Shown here: positions 26,018 to 38,824 of the stretch, in pieces
How the letters are laid out: the number at the start of each line of letters is the position of its first letter
How positions within the stretch are numbered: position 1 is the first letter of the stretch
Assembly: GCA_964016885.1 (NCBI GenBank)
Contig: OZ024744.1
Span: 75,392,001 to 75,456,000, forward strand
Direction of reading: 5' to 3'
From: Eledone cirrhosa
Taxonomy: Eukaryota
Length of the DNA: 64,000 bases
Made by a program: the position numbers and the translations under genes
Notes under the pieces: generated by a model
Database searches by the model: none
What the model was told of the DNA's origin: nothing
What the model saw: only the letters and a program-made list of their open reading frames with translations

Positions 26018-26748
26018 CGTGCGTGTGTGTATGTATGTTATATATGTATGTTTATATAAATAAGACTGTTTTTGCATCTCGGTGTTTGTCTTTATTCTTG
26101 AACTACACACACACAAGCCCCCACAGCAACCATGCAATATCCATTCAAGAGAAATCTTTACCTGCTTCGGGCCTCAAAGGGGTCTTTTACTACCTTACAA
26201 AATTTCTCTTGGAGGACCTGCTAACATCTATAACCTTATTAGGGTATCTAAAGCTGGTAATTTATAAAAAGTCGTACCCTGGCGAGGGATCTAGCTGGGT
26301 GCTTGTAAATGTGGTCTCCGCTCAAAGTACCGAAGGGTTAAGCAGCAGTGTTAAGCCGCGGACAATGGATAAAGTCTGCCATCCAATAATATAAACGTCC
26401 CTTACGATGGGCCTCCACACATTTCCATTTATGAAATGTCCGTCAGAATGCTTCGGGGGAGTCAAAACTATAGTAGTAGACACCTGTCCAGGGGGATCAA
26501 ATGTGAAACAAGTGGAAACGGGTTGTTTAAATAAAATAAACTTTATATTATATGTAAAAAATAGATTTTATGCATTCTAACCATGTTTTTCAATGACCTC
26601 TATAATGGTTTTTACAATGGTTTTTATGTAATATAGACCTATTATTCTATGTCACTCAGCTATATGTATGTGTATATAAATAAGACTGTGTTTTTGAATC
26701 TGTGTTTGTCTTATTTATTCTTGAATTATATATGCATATATACATATT

Positions 26749-26816
<68 letters not shown>

Positions 26817-26834
26817 TATATATATATATATATA

Positions 26835-27018
26835 ACGAAGGAGATGTAGTAAGGAACCGGATGGACCATAATGCACTAGAGTACTCAATACTTATGGTAG
26901 TAGAGTGGCTAATAGGAAAATGTTAAACCCCGACGGAAGAGCTCAAGCCGTTTCGACGGCTGTTTCCAGAAATATCCGTTTAAACGGCTTGAGCTCTGCC
27001 GTCGGGGTTAAACATTTG

Positions 27019-27020
<2 letters not shown>
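26835..27020 (-). mobile_element. PLE-like foldback insert, second copy
   Basis: Homologous to 25711-25920. Arms at ~26918-26958 and ~26976-27017, with different inversion endpoints. Confidence 0.6.
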
Positions 27021-27094
<74 letters not shown>

Positions 27095-27109
27095 GATATA
27101 TAGATATAT

Positions 27110-27320
27110 AAGTAGTTCCACAACAGTTAGTTCACCATCTCGAGAACAAATATTTCACCTTATTCGGATCAGCAGCTCGGTCTAAAAAGGATCTGAATAA
27201 GGTGAAACTATTGTTCTCGATATGGTGAACTAACTGTTGTGGAACTACTTCTACTAAACTCGTCCCATGGACTGAGTGCTCCACTACTACGGATATAACC
27301 TTACAGTGTTATACTATTAC
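27110..27320 (+). mobile_element. PLE-like foldback insert
   Basis: Arms at 27110-27170 and 27190-27250. Hammerhead-like 3' half aggtGAAACtattgtt at the start of the right arm. Confidence 0.55.
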
Positions 27321-27392
27321 ACACATATATATATACAGTATATATATACACATACACATATATATACACATACACACACATACACACACACT

Positions 27393-27434
<42 letters not shown>

Positions 27435-27470
27435 CAGTATATATATACACATACACATATATATATACAT

Positions 27471-27527
<57 letters not shown>

Positions 27528-27702
27528 AATGTGTCTCTCTACATGGCTGAATACAATAAATGTAATCTGAATTTTTCGAATATTAATAATAATATTCGAT
27601 TCGTTTGCAATTATGCAAACAAGCTTCATTTTTAAAGCCATGTCAGTAGAATGAGCCCCCCATTCTTGCTCTTATGTTGGCTACCAACATATATATATAT
27701 AT

Positions 27703-28067
27703 ATACAATATGTTGAAAAGGTAACACACCGGAGAGAGATATATAGTGCGCTATCAATAAAACAGGGAAAAAAACCCACCCTGTTATGGATTCCATACAC
27801 TGGTGGTTTTTTCCCTGTTTTATTGATAGCGCACAGTATATCTCTCTCCGGTGTGTTATCTTTTCAACATATTGTATTTTAAAGAGCTCAGGATTTCTTC
27901 TCCTTTAAGCACATTATTTACAGGGAATGGCGAGGGCCTATGGCTCCGTTAATTTATCGTGATAAACCACCAGTGTATGGAATCTATAACAGGGTGGGTT
28001 TTTTTCCCTGTTTTATTGATAGCGCACTATATCTCTCTCTCCGGTGTGTTACCTTTTCAACATATTG

Positions 28068-28073
<6 letters not shown>
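27703..28073 (+). mobile_element. Insert with one inverted plus two direct copies of a ~70-105-bp unit
   Basis: 27703-27808 is the reverse complement of ~27964-28070. A further direct partial copy lies at ~27805-27880. (TA)n on both sides. Confidence 0.65.
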
Positions 28074-28082
<9 letters not shown>

Positions 28083-28106
<24 letters not shown>

Positions 28107-28250
28107 ACATGCCTCGGCAATTTCCGTGTATCAGATCCCACTCTCAAGGCATTGATTGGCCGCGAGGCGAGATTATAATAAGGGACACTGGCTTAAATTG
28201 CTCTGCAGCGTTACGGAACCTGAAACCACTTAAGAAATTTGGCGAAACCA
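28083..28250 (-). mobile_element. SINE family B
   Basis: Reverse-complement match to 24980-25050 joined to 25240-25298. Confidence 0.7.
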
Positions 28251-28399
28251 GTATTATTGCCCTTTGGGTCATCATACATTTCAATCGTGTTAGGCACGCA
28301 AAAACCCCTGTCAAAATTGTCTATATAGGGTCCATCGATCTTTCATCTCTTGAATTGGTAATTTCTGCAAGACTGGTGCGTGCTGATATATTCTGACGT

Positions 28400-28780
28400 A
28401 CACTGAATCAATTTTGGTGAGTCCAAATATTCGATTTTGTATTGAGCACCCTTTCTCCTATACATGAACAACTTATTTGTCGTCAATTTCTACGCAGATG
28501 ATAACCTTCATTCATTCCTAACATTCCACTGTCACGTGTCGTTTTCACGCAACCTAGATACCTCACGTCAAATCTGTTCTAACTCCACGAACAAAGTCCT
28601 TGAAAAGATCCTCCAATGGTGGCATTTCAATATTGTCTCCTTAATCAGCAATACAACCTCTTCACCTTACGACGATACTGTGTCGGCCATTACTGGGATT
28701 CTCATCTGTGCATTCTGTGGAATTTCACTATTGAACTTAAACCCAACATTTTGGACTGAGCTACAACTATAAACGCAGAC
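28400..28780 (+). pseudogene. Degraded CR1/L2-group LINE RT fragment
   Basis: ORF 28464-28772 contains FYADD followed by LHSFLTF...LEKILQW. Confidence 0.5.
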
Positions 28781-29501
28781 ATCCTAGACTATATAAAAAA
28801 AAGCAGCTTCACTGGCTGGATTGTTGTCATTCATAGATACACTCCAAAGTTTGACCCATAGATGTCTCTCGGCCTTTCCTCATTCAAATAGTTTCCAACC
28901 ACTATGACCCTGCATTAGCCCTTACACTTAGTAATTTCGTAACAGAATGAAGGCCTTCTGAAATTTTCCACATCTTCCTTGAAGTGTCTGGGAACGTTCA
29001 CAAGATCAGTATACTCAGTCATAAGGACCTGTTTAGGTTATTGACACAGTATCTTCTCCAAGTCATAGTGATACGAATATGTTATTGAATCATTCAAACG
29101 ATTGTGGAGTGGTAGAAATGACACTTGTTGGACTAACACACAGACGAGGTGTTAGTCTGAAGTTTCTAACTAACGCACGCCAATCTCTGATCCACAAACA
29201 TCCCATCTTCTTTCTTTTGAGGTACTAATTAATTATACTTAAAAATTACGTTAAGGGCACTTCCATTATATATATATAGTCTCCTAATCTTTAACTTTTA
29301 ATTCTTAATTCTTATTAATTGTCAACATTTGAGAAGATGGATTTTACCAATACATCGAAACCGGTAATACTTTATATACTGTATGTACATTATAACACTC
29401 TTTTTTAAAAGAATTGTCCCTCTCATTTTTTCAATAATGTCACTTTGACGAATCAAAGAAATGAAAAAGGTAAAAGAAAGAAAAACAGATCCTTAAATAT
29501 A

Positions 29502-29596
<95 letters not shown>

Positions 29597-29679
29597 GCTC
29601 GATCTCGATCTCTCGCTCGATCTCGATCTCTCGATCTCTCCACACACACATATATATATATATATATAATATATATACT

Positions 29680-30170
29680 GCTGGTCCATCCTGAGTTACA
29701 CAATTTAATTAACCGAATTTCACATGACTTATTCTCTTAATATAAAAATGAATCCATCCATCCTTATGCAATCCCAATAAAGATGTATTGGTCATGTTGT
29801 CAGAATGTGTGATTATAGAATTCCAAAAGTCATCATGTATAGCCAGCTCCATGATAGAAGGAAAAATGTAGAAAGACTGCTGAGGTATAAGGACAAGTTT
29901 GAAGTTAACCCGATAGTGACAAAAAGTTCCCCAAGAAAAATACACTGTATGGAAATGAAGAAACCTATGCAAGATTATGAAATAAGCAAACTAGATCATC
30001 TTAAAGACACAAGAGCGAAGGCAATGATTCGATCTAACATACCAGTACACTTTCACAACAATCCACTCTCATGTCCAAAATGTGGTCTCGTCAGCAAATC
30101 ATTGGCTGGATTAAAGTCTCATAAAAAGTATAAACATCAAAACTACAAAATTGACGGGAGAATCCATTAC
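29680..30170 (+). pseudogene. 3' fragment of an RTE-clade LINE ORF with C-terminal C2H2 finger
   Basis: GHVVRMCDYRIPKVIMYSQL...RYKD followed by CPKCGLVSKSLAGLKSHKKYKH, matching the RTE C-terminal pattern. Confidence 0.75.
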
Positions 30171-30180
30171 AAACACATAC

Positions 30181-30318
<138 letters not shown>

Positions 30319-30404
30319 AAAAAATAAACGGAAACAACAAAGCAAACAACGTAGTACAATGAATAAATATAGTTTAACACTTGGTGTAGTAAAATAAAAA
30401 GAGG

Positions 30405-30440
30405 TCTTAACGTTTCGGACACTAGTCTTTCATCAGAAGA
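30405..30440 (-). ncRNA. Minimal type I hammerhead ribozyme
   Basis: Minus strand: tctt-CTGATGA-aagac(tagt)gtcc-GAAAC-GTT/aaga. Palindromic stem III (aacgtt) and a weak stem II base. Same family as 62847-62882. Confidence 0.7.
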
Positions 30441-30562
30441 TAGAATAAAAAAATATAAAAATTAGATTGGAAATTGAAATTAGAAGAGAAAGAAACGGAA
30501 AAAGAACTCTTTTTGAGAAAAAGCACGTGTGTATTTAGTCAGCCATTGAGAGAATATATATA

Positions 30563-30730
30563 TGATGGCTGCCCCCCTCGTTATCGATTATGGCCATTGC
30601 ACGATATACCATTATTAATAATGCTTGTGCGTGAAGATATTTTTTAAAGTGAGGAAAGACTGTGCACTGAGCCAATCCCACTCTCTGAGCGACAGTAGCT
30701 ATAACCAGAAAAGAAGAAAAGTAGTTACCG
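30563..30730 (-). mobile_element. Truncated relative of element U
   Basis: atggctgccccctcgttatcgattatggcc...gtgaagatatttt...ctgtgcactgagccaatcccactctc matches the terminal part of U and of the 57490-58000 copy. Confidence 0.6.
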
Positions 30731-30778
<48 letters not shown>

Positions 30779-30874
30779 CACCTGTAGATATAGCTGTGGC
30801 ACACTCTCGCATAGGTATGGGTATATATTTAAATGTCTGTGTATGTATTTCCGTGTATTTTTGTGTGCTTGAGT

Positions 30875-30965
<91 letters not shown>

Positions 30966-31089
30966 TGCGTGTATGTGTATGTTCAGAGAGAAAAATGAAA
31001 AATAAAATAAGATTTGAATGAAAAAACGAAAAGCAGACAGAAAGAGAGAAAGAAAAAAAGAAGGAAAGAAGAAAGAAAGATAGAAGGAC

Positions 31090-31124
<35 letters not shown>

Positions 31125-31723
31125 AAAGAATAAGGAGAGTACGCAAAAAAAGAAAAGGATCTCAAGAGATAGAGAAGAGGGATATATAAAGAGGGAGAGC
31201 GAGTGAGTGAGAGAGAGAGATAGAGAGAGAGAATTTGATTGGCTTAAGCGTAAGGAGATATTTTATTTTATTTTATTTTTATTTTTTACACTAGATAGAT
31301 ATAGATATAGAGGGGTGGGGAGAAATAGAAGTAAAAACAGATATAATGAGTGAAATGCGGAGAGAGGTAAAAGGGAATGGAGGGAGGAGTAAAAAGGGAG
31401 TGAGGGAGATGGGTCATTTTTTCTTTTGTTTTTTTGTTTTTTAACAGTAAATAGGTAACCCACCTGCGTTTTGTCTGGATGTGACAATAGCCAAGCCATC
31501 ATTGAGAAAAACGGGGTCAGTTCAAGTTAAGATTTGCCTGGGGAGCTTAGGGCATTATAGATTTGCTGTTCAGCGACTGAGTGAACAGACTGAGAGAGAG
31601 AGGGGGGAGGGAGAGAGAGAGAAAGTGAGAGAAGGGAGAGAGGGGGAGACGAAAGACGAAAGAGAGAACGAAAATGAGTGATACCGTCAGTCAATACGGG
31701 GATATATATATATATATATACAC

Positions 31724-31781
<58 letters not shown>

Positions 31782-31844
31782 ATATATATATATAATATAT
31801 ATATATATAATATATATATATATATAAAAAATATATATATATAA

Positions 31845-31898
<54 letters not shown>

Positions 31899-32101
31899 AG
31901 AAAGAAAGAGAGACAACCAGACAGAGTTAGACACAGAAATAGCAAATGTAGAATGTAAAGCAATGTAGCTGGAAGCTGACGTGGATAGAATGAGGGTCAT
32001 ACGCACGCACACATACACACACACACACAATATATATATGCTGTACTAAAATTTATATATATATATACACACACACACATATATTATATATATATATATA
32101 T

Positions 32102-32182
<81 letters not shown>

Positions 32183-32204
32183 GATAGATATATACACACA
32201 CATG

Positions 32205-32276
<72 letters not shown>

Positions 32277-32569
32277 CATGTGTGTGTATATATCTATCTA
32301 TTTCTCTCTCTCTCTCTCTATATGTGTGTATGTATGTGTGTATGTATGTATGTATGTATGTATGTATAAGAGGGTGGTGAGAGTGAAAGAGAAGAGAAGG
32401 AAATAGGGTGGTGTACAGGTATATATATAATTGAGAACTGTCAGTCTAATCACGAGAATTCGAAAAGACTAGAAGTGGTAGTGATCCGTGACAGCAAAAG
32501 TCAATTCTGTAATGATCATGATGATCATGATGAAAATGACACTGATAATAATAATAATAATTTTTTTTT

Positions 32570-32752
32570 CTCCTTTTGGCACAAGACTAGCGATTACCCC
32601 AGTGTATCACTGGTACTTTATTTTATTGACCCCGTAAGGATGAAAGGCAAAGTTAACCTCGGCGGTATTTCAACTCAGAATGGCAAGGACCGTAACTCTA
32701 TGCGTCAAAGCATGGTGTCCGACCCTCTACCGATACTGCCAATCCCCCGCCC
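32570..32752 (-). mobile_element. SINE family A
   Basis: Reverse complement of the family consensus (ccgaccctctaccgatactgccaatc...; gatgaaaggcaaagttaacc). Confidence 0.85.
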
Positions 32753-32971
32753 AATCCAATAATAATAGTGATAACAAAAACAACAACTATAACGACAGTG
32801 AATTTTTTTGATTGACCACAAGGCCCCCGTGGTACTGAGGACAATATGTGGGACGAAAAGCAACAGAAAGTGCTGTTAACGTCGAGTAATGGAAAGGAGA
32901 CACCAACAACGGGATAATAGTAGATATAAATATAAAAATAATTTTAATAGTCATGATAAAACAAAACATCA

Positions 32972-33173
32972 CAAATGTCAATTAGTTTCCCAGCAGTAAG
33001 TAGCTACGCTTTAAGAAAACCCGCAGACAAAACCCTGGATTACTCTGTCAACTCACTGTCGGTTATAGCAAATGTCAATTAGTTTCCCAATAATAAGGGG
33101 CTCCGCTTTAGGGTTATTCCAGGAAAATTCTTAGACAAAACCCTGGATTACTCTGTCAACTCATTGTCGGTTA
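32972..33173. repeat. Local tandem duplication of ~95-105 bp
   Basis: caaatgtcaattagtttccca...agacaaaaccctggattactctgtcaactca.tgtcggtta occurs twice. Confidence 0.85.
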
Positions 33174-33985
33174 AAAGTACCTTTTCCCGATTTCTTTCCT
33201 ACTTAGAAAAGTAAAGTTAGTGTAGGCCAATTGAGCTGCGTCGGTCACGCCGTTCTTACCTATCTTGCAGAAAACATACCAGAAAGCCACACCTCTCTTT
33301 CTCTTTCTCTATCCTCAAATTCCTCTTCAAATGGAACTTGATGAAGTCGATAAGTGCTTAGCTACAGAGGAAGATTTCTTGTCTCAAAACTTTTAGACGA
33401 ATCTACCATATAGCTTTTGTCACTATAGCTACCAAGCAGAGGAAGACCTGTCACACCCTACTTCTAATGAAAGGTGGCTGTTTAATCTTCACCGTAGAGC
33501 CGGTTGACAGCCACATTTTATCCTAGACGTGAAAAAAGTTGTTCGACATAATCCCACTAGACTGTACCATGCATGACTGTTTCATCGCTCCTGTGTACAT
33601 GTTGGACAGGTTCGATTGTTGACACCACCGTGCCTGTTTGTCTTGTCTCAGACTGACAATGCTCTTCTGTAACTCTGCCTTGCTATGGATGATTGGATAT
33701 TGTCCTTAATCTCCGACTGAAAGTTACCCACAAGTGTCTACTCAACGCCCAGAGCCGCTCCCATGACACCGTCACTCATAAATACCAATAACATCCTATA
33801 TAGTAAGCAAGTGTTGTTTCCTGCCTATCGCATTGTCCAGCTGGTAAAGTGCCGTGAACGCCTGGCAGCACTTTAGATACTACAATAATAAAATATAAGT
33901 ATGTCGATAGTGTGCTATGTGCGGAGTAAACAATATATAAACCATGATAAAGCTTTTTCAACGTTCGATTTGGTGTGTGAGTGTC

Positions 33986-34115
<130 letters not shown>

Positions 34116-34659
34116 CGTGTATATCCGTACGTTTGGATAAATAATCGGGGAAAATGTACTCATAATTGAAGCGTTCATTAATTCGTTCAAAACTGATAAT
34201 TTACTCCGCGGCTAACTAACCGGAGGATTTTACCAAATGCGATTCTTCGGGGAGCAACAAGTGGTAGAAAAGGTAGGCTATTCATCCAAACGTAAAGAAT
34301 CACACATTTAGCGGGAGAAGGAAAAAAGCACTCGAAGAATCAATAAGTAATAAAGAGCGGGTTGAGGTGTGTGCGTAAGTGGAGGAGTTTAAGTTTATAG
34401 GTCATATGCTGAAAGCAGAGAGACTCAGTTCGAAATAAACTGTTGTTATATAAGATAGCAAAGATGCAGTGAATTGCTACTACGAACCTGAGGAATTAAG
34501 TGGTAGTTCAAATGTTTCTGTATATTAGGGACATAAGTGCAAGCAGCGGTCGCCCAGACGGCGATCGCTTTAACAATCTATATCGATCACCTTTCGTCAA
34601 ATCAGACCGAGGAAACAATGTTTCTGTTGTCTTTCCTATTGCTATATATCGGTCGCAAC

Positions 34660-34790
34660 TCCAGGTAGAAGGAGCAACGTAAAATAAAGTATCTTGCTCA
34701 AGGATATAACGCATCATACGGTCCAGGAATCGAACTAACAACCTCATGATTGCGAATCCAATTCTCTAACCACTCAGCCATTCGCTTTCA
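34660..34790 (-). mobile_element. tRNA-derived CORE-type SINE head
   Basis: Minus strand: tggctgagtggttagag...gttcgattcc (A and B boxes) followed by ccttgagcaagatactttattttacgttgctcc. Confidence 0.65.
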
Positions 34791-35396
34791 CAATCTATAT
34801 AAACGTGAACATTAGTCATGGTATCACGTAGAAATGTGTTACTGAAGATAAAGAGATAAGTAATGTATCATGTACAGAAGCAACCTCATGTTCTCGCTGG
34901 AATGTGGTTGTCAGAATCTGTCACAGTGTTGATGGAGACAAAGCGATAGAGAATTGAAGATAGCGAATTTTAAGTGAATGGGATGGAAAATAATAAATTA
35001 AGGTAAAAGTGGGAGTTAGGTAGTTTGTAAAAGTAGAAGAGGAACAGCCAGCAAAAATGTCGATAGAAACAAAGGTATCTAAAACAAAATGTAGGACATG
35101 TTGAAAGTAAATTCGTTTGTGCAGTGGAAACTATTAACAAAGAGATTTGAGGAGCTGAGCTGGTCTTTGGCGTATAAGGTGGCTATTCGTTTTCAAATAA
35201 TACTCAACAAATAAGAAGCACAATAATATCAAATATCAAAGCTCCCACACCAATTCACATACATATACCTCATCAGACCAAGTACAACACTTCTCTGCAC
35301 ATCAAATTCTGCTCTACACACGTAGCTTCCACAACACCTTGCAAAACATTTCTCAGTTTGCCTCGGACTATTTACCAATTATTATTACAAATCAAT

Positions 35397-35720
35397 CTGA
35401 GTTCAAATCCCGCTGAGGTTAACTTTGCCTTTCATCCTTACGGGGTCGATAAAATAAAATACCAGTAATGTACTGGGTATTTGCTGGCCTTGTGCCTAAA
35501 AAGTAGAAACAATTGTTACAAATCAATGCGTGGATTGGCAGTATCGGTAGAGGGTCGGACGCCATGCTTTGCAGCAAAGAGTTACGGCCCTTTATGGTCT
35601 GAGTTCAAATCCCGCCAAGGTTAACTTTGCCTCTCATCCTTACGGGATCGATAAAATAAAGTACCAGTAATACACTGGGATAATTGGTGGCCTTGTGCCA
35701 AAAGTAGAAACAATTATTAC
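35397..35720 (+). mobile_element. Two tandem SINE family A copies (35397-35512 truncated; 35528-35712)
   Basis: Family consensus. The flank att(a/g)ttacaaatcaat occurs three times (~35381, ~35512, ~35713). Confidence 0.85.
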
Positions 35721-36502
35721 AAATCAATGAAGAAACACTGTTACAAATTTCAAAAATTGCAAATGGAACGAATTCCAGCTAGAAACAGGATCATTGTTTT
35801 GAGAATCCAACAATGCTATAACAGTTAACATATATACTTCAGAACATACAGCACAGGATTTAAGCCAATTGGACTAATTACTCCTAAATGGCTCCAGAAT
35901 GACAATATGTAAGTAACCCCCAGTTAAATCGTCCACGTCCTAAGGTTAGATCCAGTTACATCGTCTATAGAGGACAAATTTGGCTATCAGCTGGGTCTAT
36001 AGTGAAAATTAAATAATCAACTTTCATTAGAAGGAACACACGGCAAGCCTACCACTGCTTGGTAGATATAGCGACAGAAGCTGTATGGTGGACACGTGTA
36101 AAATATGTATTGACGTATATAAAGAAAACATGCCACAAGACATGGAAAATACAATTGTAATTACATATCAGGAATAGACAACATTATGAAAACTAGAGAC
36201 GATGATATACAATTTATCAAAATTCCACACTCGAAATATCTGCAAAGCCACAACAAAACAGATAAACCATGAAAAACAGAAAACAGGTATATACTTGTAG
36301 CCAATATAAACCACAAAACTAACAATAAAACAATATGTCGAATAATTAACAACAAAAGGTTGCATTACATTCTATCTCTCAATAAAAAGAAAACAACAAT
36401 AATATAACAACAATAAAATCCTCAAATAATATAACTACATTGCAACACAAAGCAAATGTTATTATAAGCCATAGCATATAATAACATTATAAGCCATTGC
36501 AG

Positions 36503-36678
36503 AAGGGCGGTGAATTAGCAGTATCGGTAGAGGGTTGGACGCCATGCTTTCTAGCATAGTTACGTCCCTTTACGGTCTGATTTCAAATCCCGTCGGGGTT
36601 AACTTTGCAGTTCATCCTTACGGGGTCGATAGAATAAAGTACCGGTAATTGCTGTCCTTGTGCCAAAAGTAGAAATAA
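36503..36678 (+). mobile_element. SINE family A with TSD attataagccat
   Basis: Consensus match. TSD at ~36486-36497 and ~36679-36690. Confidence 0.85.
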
Positions 36679-36699
36679 TTATAAGCCATAGCAAACCAC

Positions 36700-38200
36700 A
36701 AATGTGATAGCACAAAACGAAAGCTAAAGCTATATACCTCCCACCTCGACCACTATTTTTATCTTTTTTTTTTTCATGAGACATCTAGAACTGAAAAGCA
36801 TGATAAAATCATAACCTTTCATCTAACACACACGGCCTGGAGGTATAATTACACTCACTAAATATTATTACGAATTGTTCCAGCATTCTCAAATTCTCAG
36901 AATGTGAAAGCTGAGCAAAATTCTAACATTTCTAAAACCCAATAGAATTCTACGTTAAATAACTTCATTAAACCTACTACCCTTATATATACCCTCAAAA
37001 CGTCTAGAAAATCTAACCATTGACATCACATACAATGTTCATCATGTCACAAAACGCCTCCAGGCTAATACACTCTTTAAAAAAGAATTCTCACGAACGT
37101 AACACGGAAAACTTAGATATCTTCCATGACACCTACATACCATTTCTATCATTGACGTTCTACTCAATTCTTCTTTATTTGCTGTTACACTACCTCCAAC
37201 ACAAAAGTCTACATAACAAACGACCAAGCCTATGTAGTCCAGAAACTTCCAGAAACTCTATGACAAAGGTTCGCAAACATTTAGGACCACTGCCCCCTCA
37301 CGGCCACATAATACCCCCACGGCCCCCAACCCTATTTTCAGAGAGACCTGTCCCCATGCAAATTGTAAATAATATATAATAAATAAAATCTCGTTAATTT
37401 ATATATAATAAATAATATAATATATACTATGTATAAATAAATATTATATATTTTTATTTTACTATATATATATATATGTATCATTTGATATTTAATATAC
37501 TATTATATCATCTCTACCACCCCCTTAGGACCTAGCGCCCCCTGGACTCCCCCCCCCCCTTCCTGGGGGCGGTAAAGCCCATTTTGAGAACCTCCGCCTT
37601 ACTACATTCACAAATACACATTAGAGAATAAAAAAAGTAAACCGATGCGCAAACACACTTGCAGCAATCATAGATACCTCATTTAGCCAGCAGAAATAAA
37701 CAACAACAATGAAGTACAAACATTACGTCACATACCATACACGATGGACTATGACACTTTTATTGGCTTCAATATATTGCCACAACAATCCGAAATAAAG
37801 TACAAAGAGCACAAAGCAATGCAATACGTTTCATAACTGGCTGTATACAGATCATAACCAGAGAGTAGCAGTACAGCGAAACAAACATACTAAAAGTGAA
37901 AGACACATAGACATGGAAGGGGCACAGTTTGTTGCTAGAGTAAGCTTCAATCTCCATACATTCTCTCACTATATGAAGAACAACATTACCCACCAAACAC
38001 CCATAGACTTAAAATTCCAAAGAGCACTTCAACAACGCCATCGTATAAACGCGTTCACCCGCACTCAACCTGAGCAAATATACAGATATACAAATATACG
38101 TACATACAGAGAAAGCTACAACGCCAATAACCCCGCTGGTCACTAACACTGTACTGAGCTGTCACTGCACTTGCATTTTGACCGAATCCACCTTTCCCAC
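36700..38200 (+). pseudogene. Highly degraded I-group-like LINE 3' region, interrupted by a hAT MITE
   Basis: A/C-skewed sequence. ~37790-37900 reads KVQRAQSNAIRFITGC...SETNILKVK, like the post-RT region of I/Nimb-type elements. Confidence 0.4.
37264..37596 (-). mobile_element. hAT MITE, second copy
   Basis: Reverse-complement homology to 17481-17826. TIRs caaaggttcgcaa / ttgagaacctccg. Confidence 0.75.
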
Positions 38201-38255
38201 CACGTTCAGTGACCACCATCAAAATCTACAAAAGTAATAAAATAGGCTGGACATG

Positions 38256-38327
<72 letters not shown>

Positions 38328-38333
38328 AGAGAG

Positions 38334-38370
<37 letters not shown>

Positions 38371-38824
38371 GCAATAATATGTCTAAACAGTCAAACAATT
38401 CATGACTGCATAAGAGAATGTGCAGCACGATCTTCATTTAGACGGAACCATGGGAAGATAAATTTGTAGGTTTGCAATTTGCCGTTCGACACAGTACATG
38501 GATTCCATGATACAGTTTGATTGTATTTCTTCTCTTCTACGACAGAATTGTTTATTGTATATGAAATGATCCATTTTGCAGCTAAATCCATTCTCAAATT
38601 GCGTACAAATGAAATATTTGCTGCTATATTTAAATGAAACCCACTCTACAGTTGGTAATGCTAGTATTTGTCATAAACACATATTCTTCGTTCATTTCTA
38701 GCGTATGATCAGTTGTGGAGTTTCGGTATCAATGTTACAGGATTCATAGCATATTTGTGCCGGTATTTTCGTAGACATGGTATCTAAAGCACTGACCATG
38801 GTTACACTGTACAAACATTAGATT

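Noticed and set aside
29325-29372. Hammerhead at gaagatgg...catcgaaaccggta (similar remnants at 19225-19260 and 21305-21340)
   Set aside because: The CUGA core or stem I is destroyed, so these were treated as eroded remnants rather than called as ribozymes.
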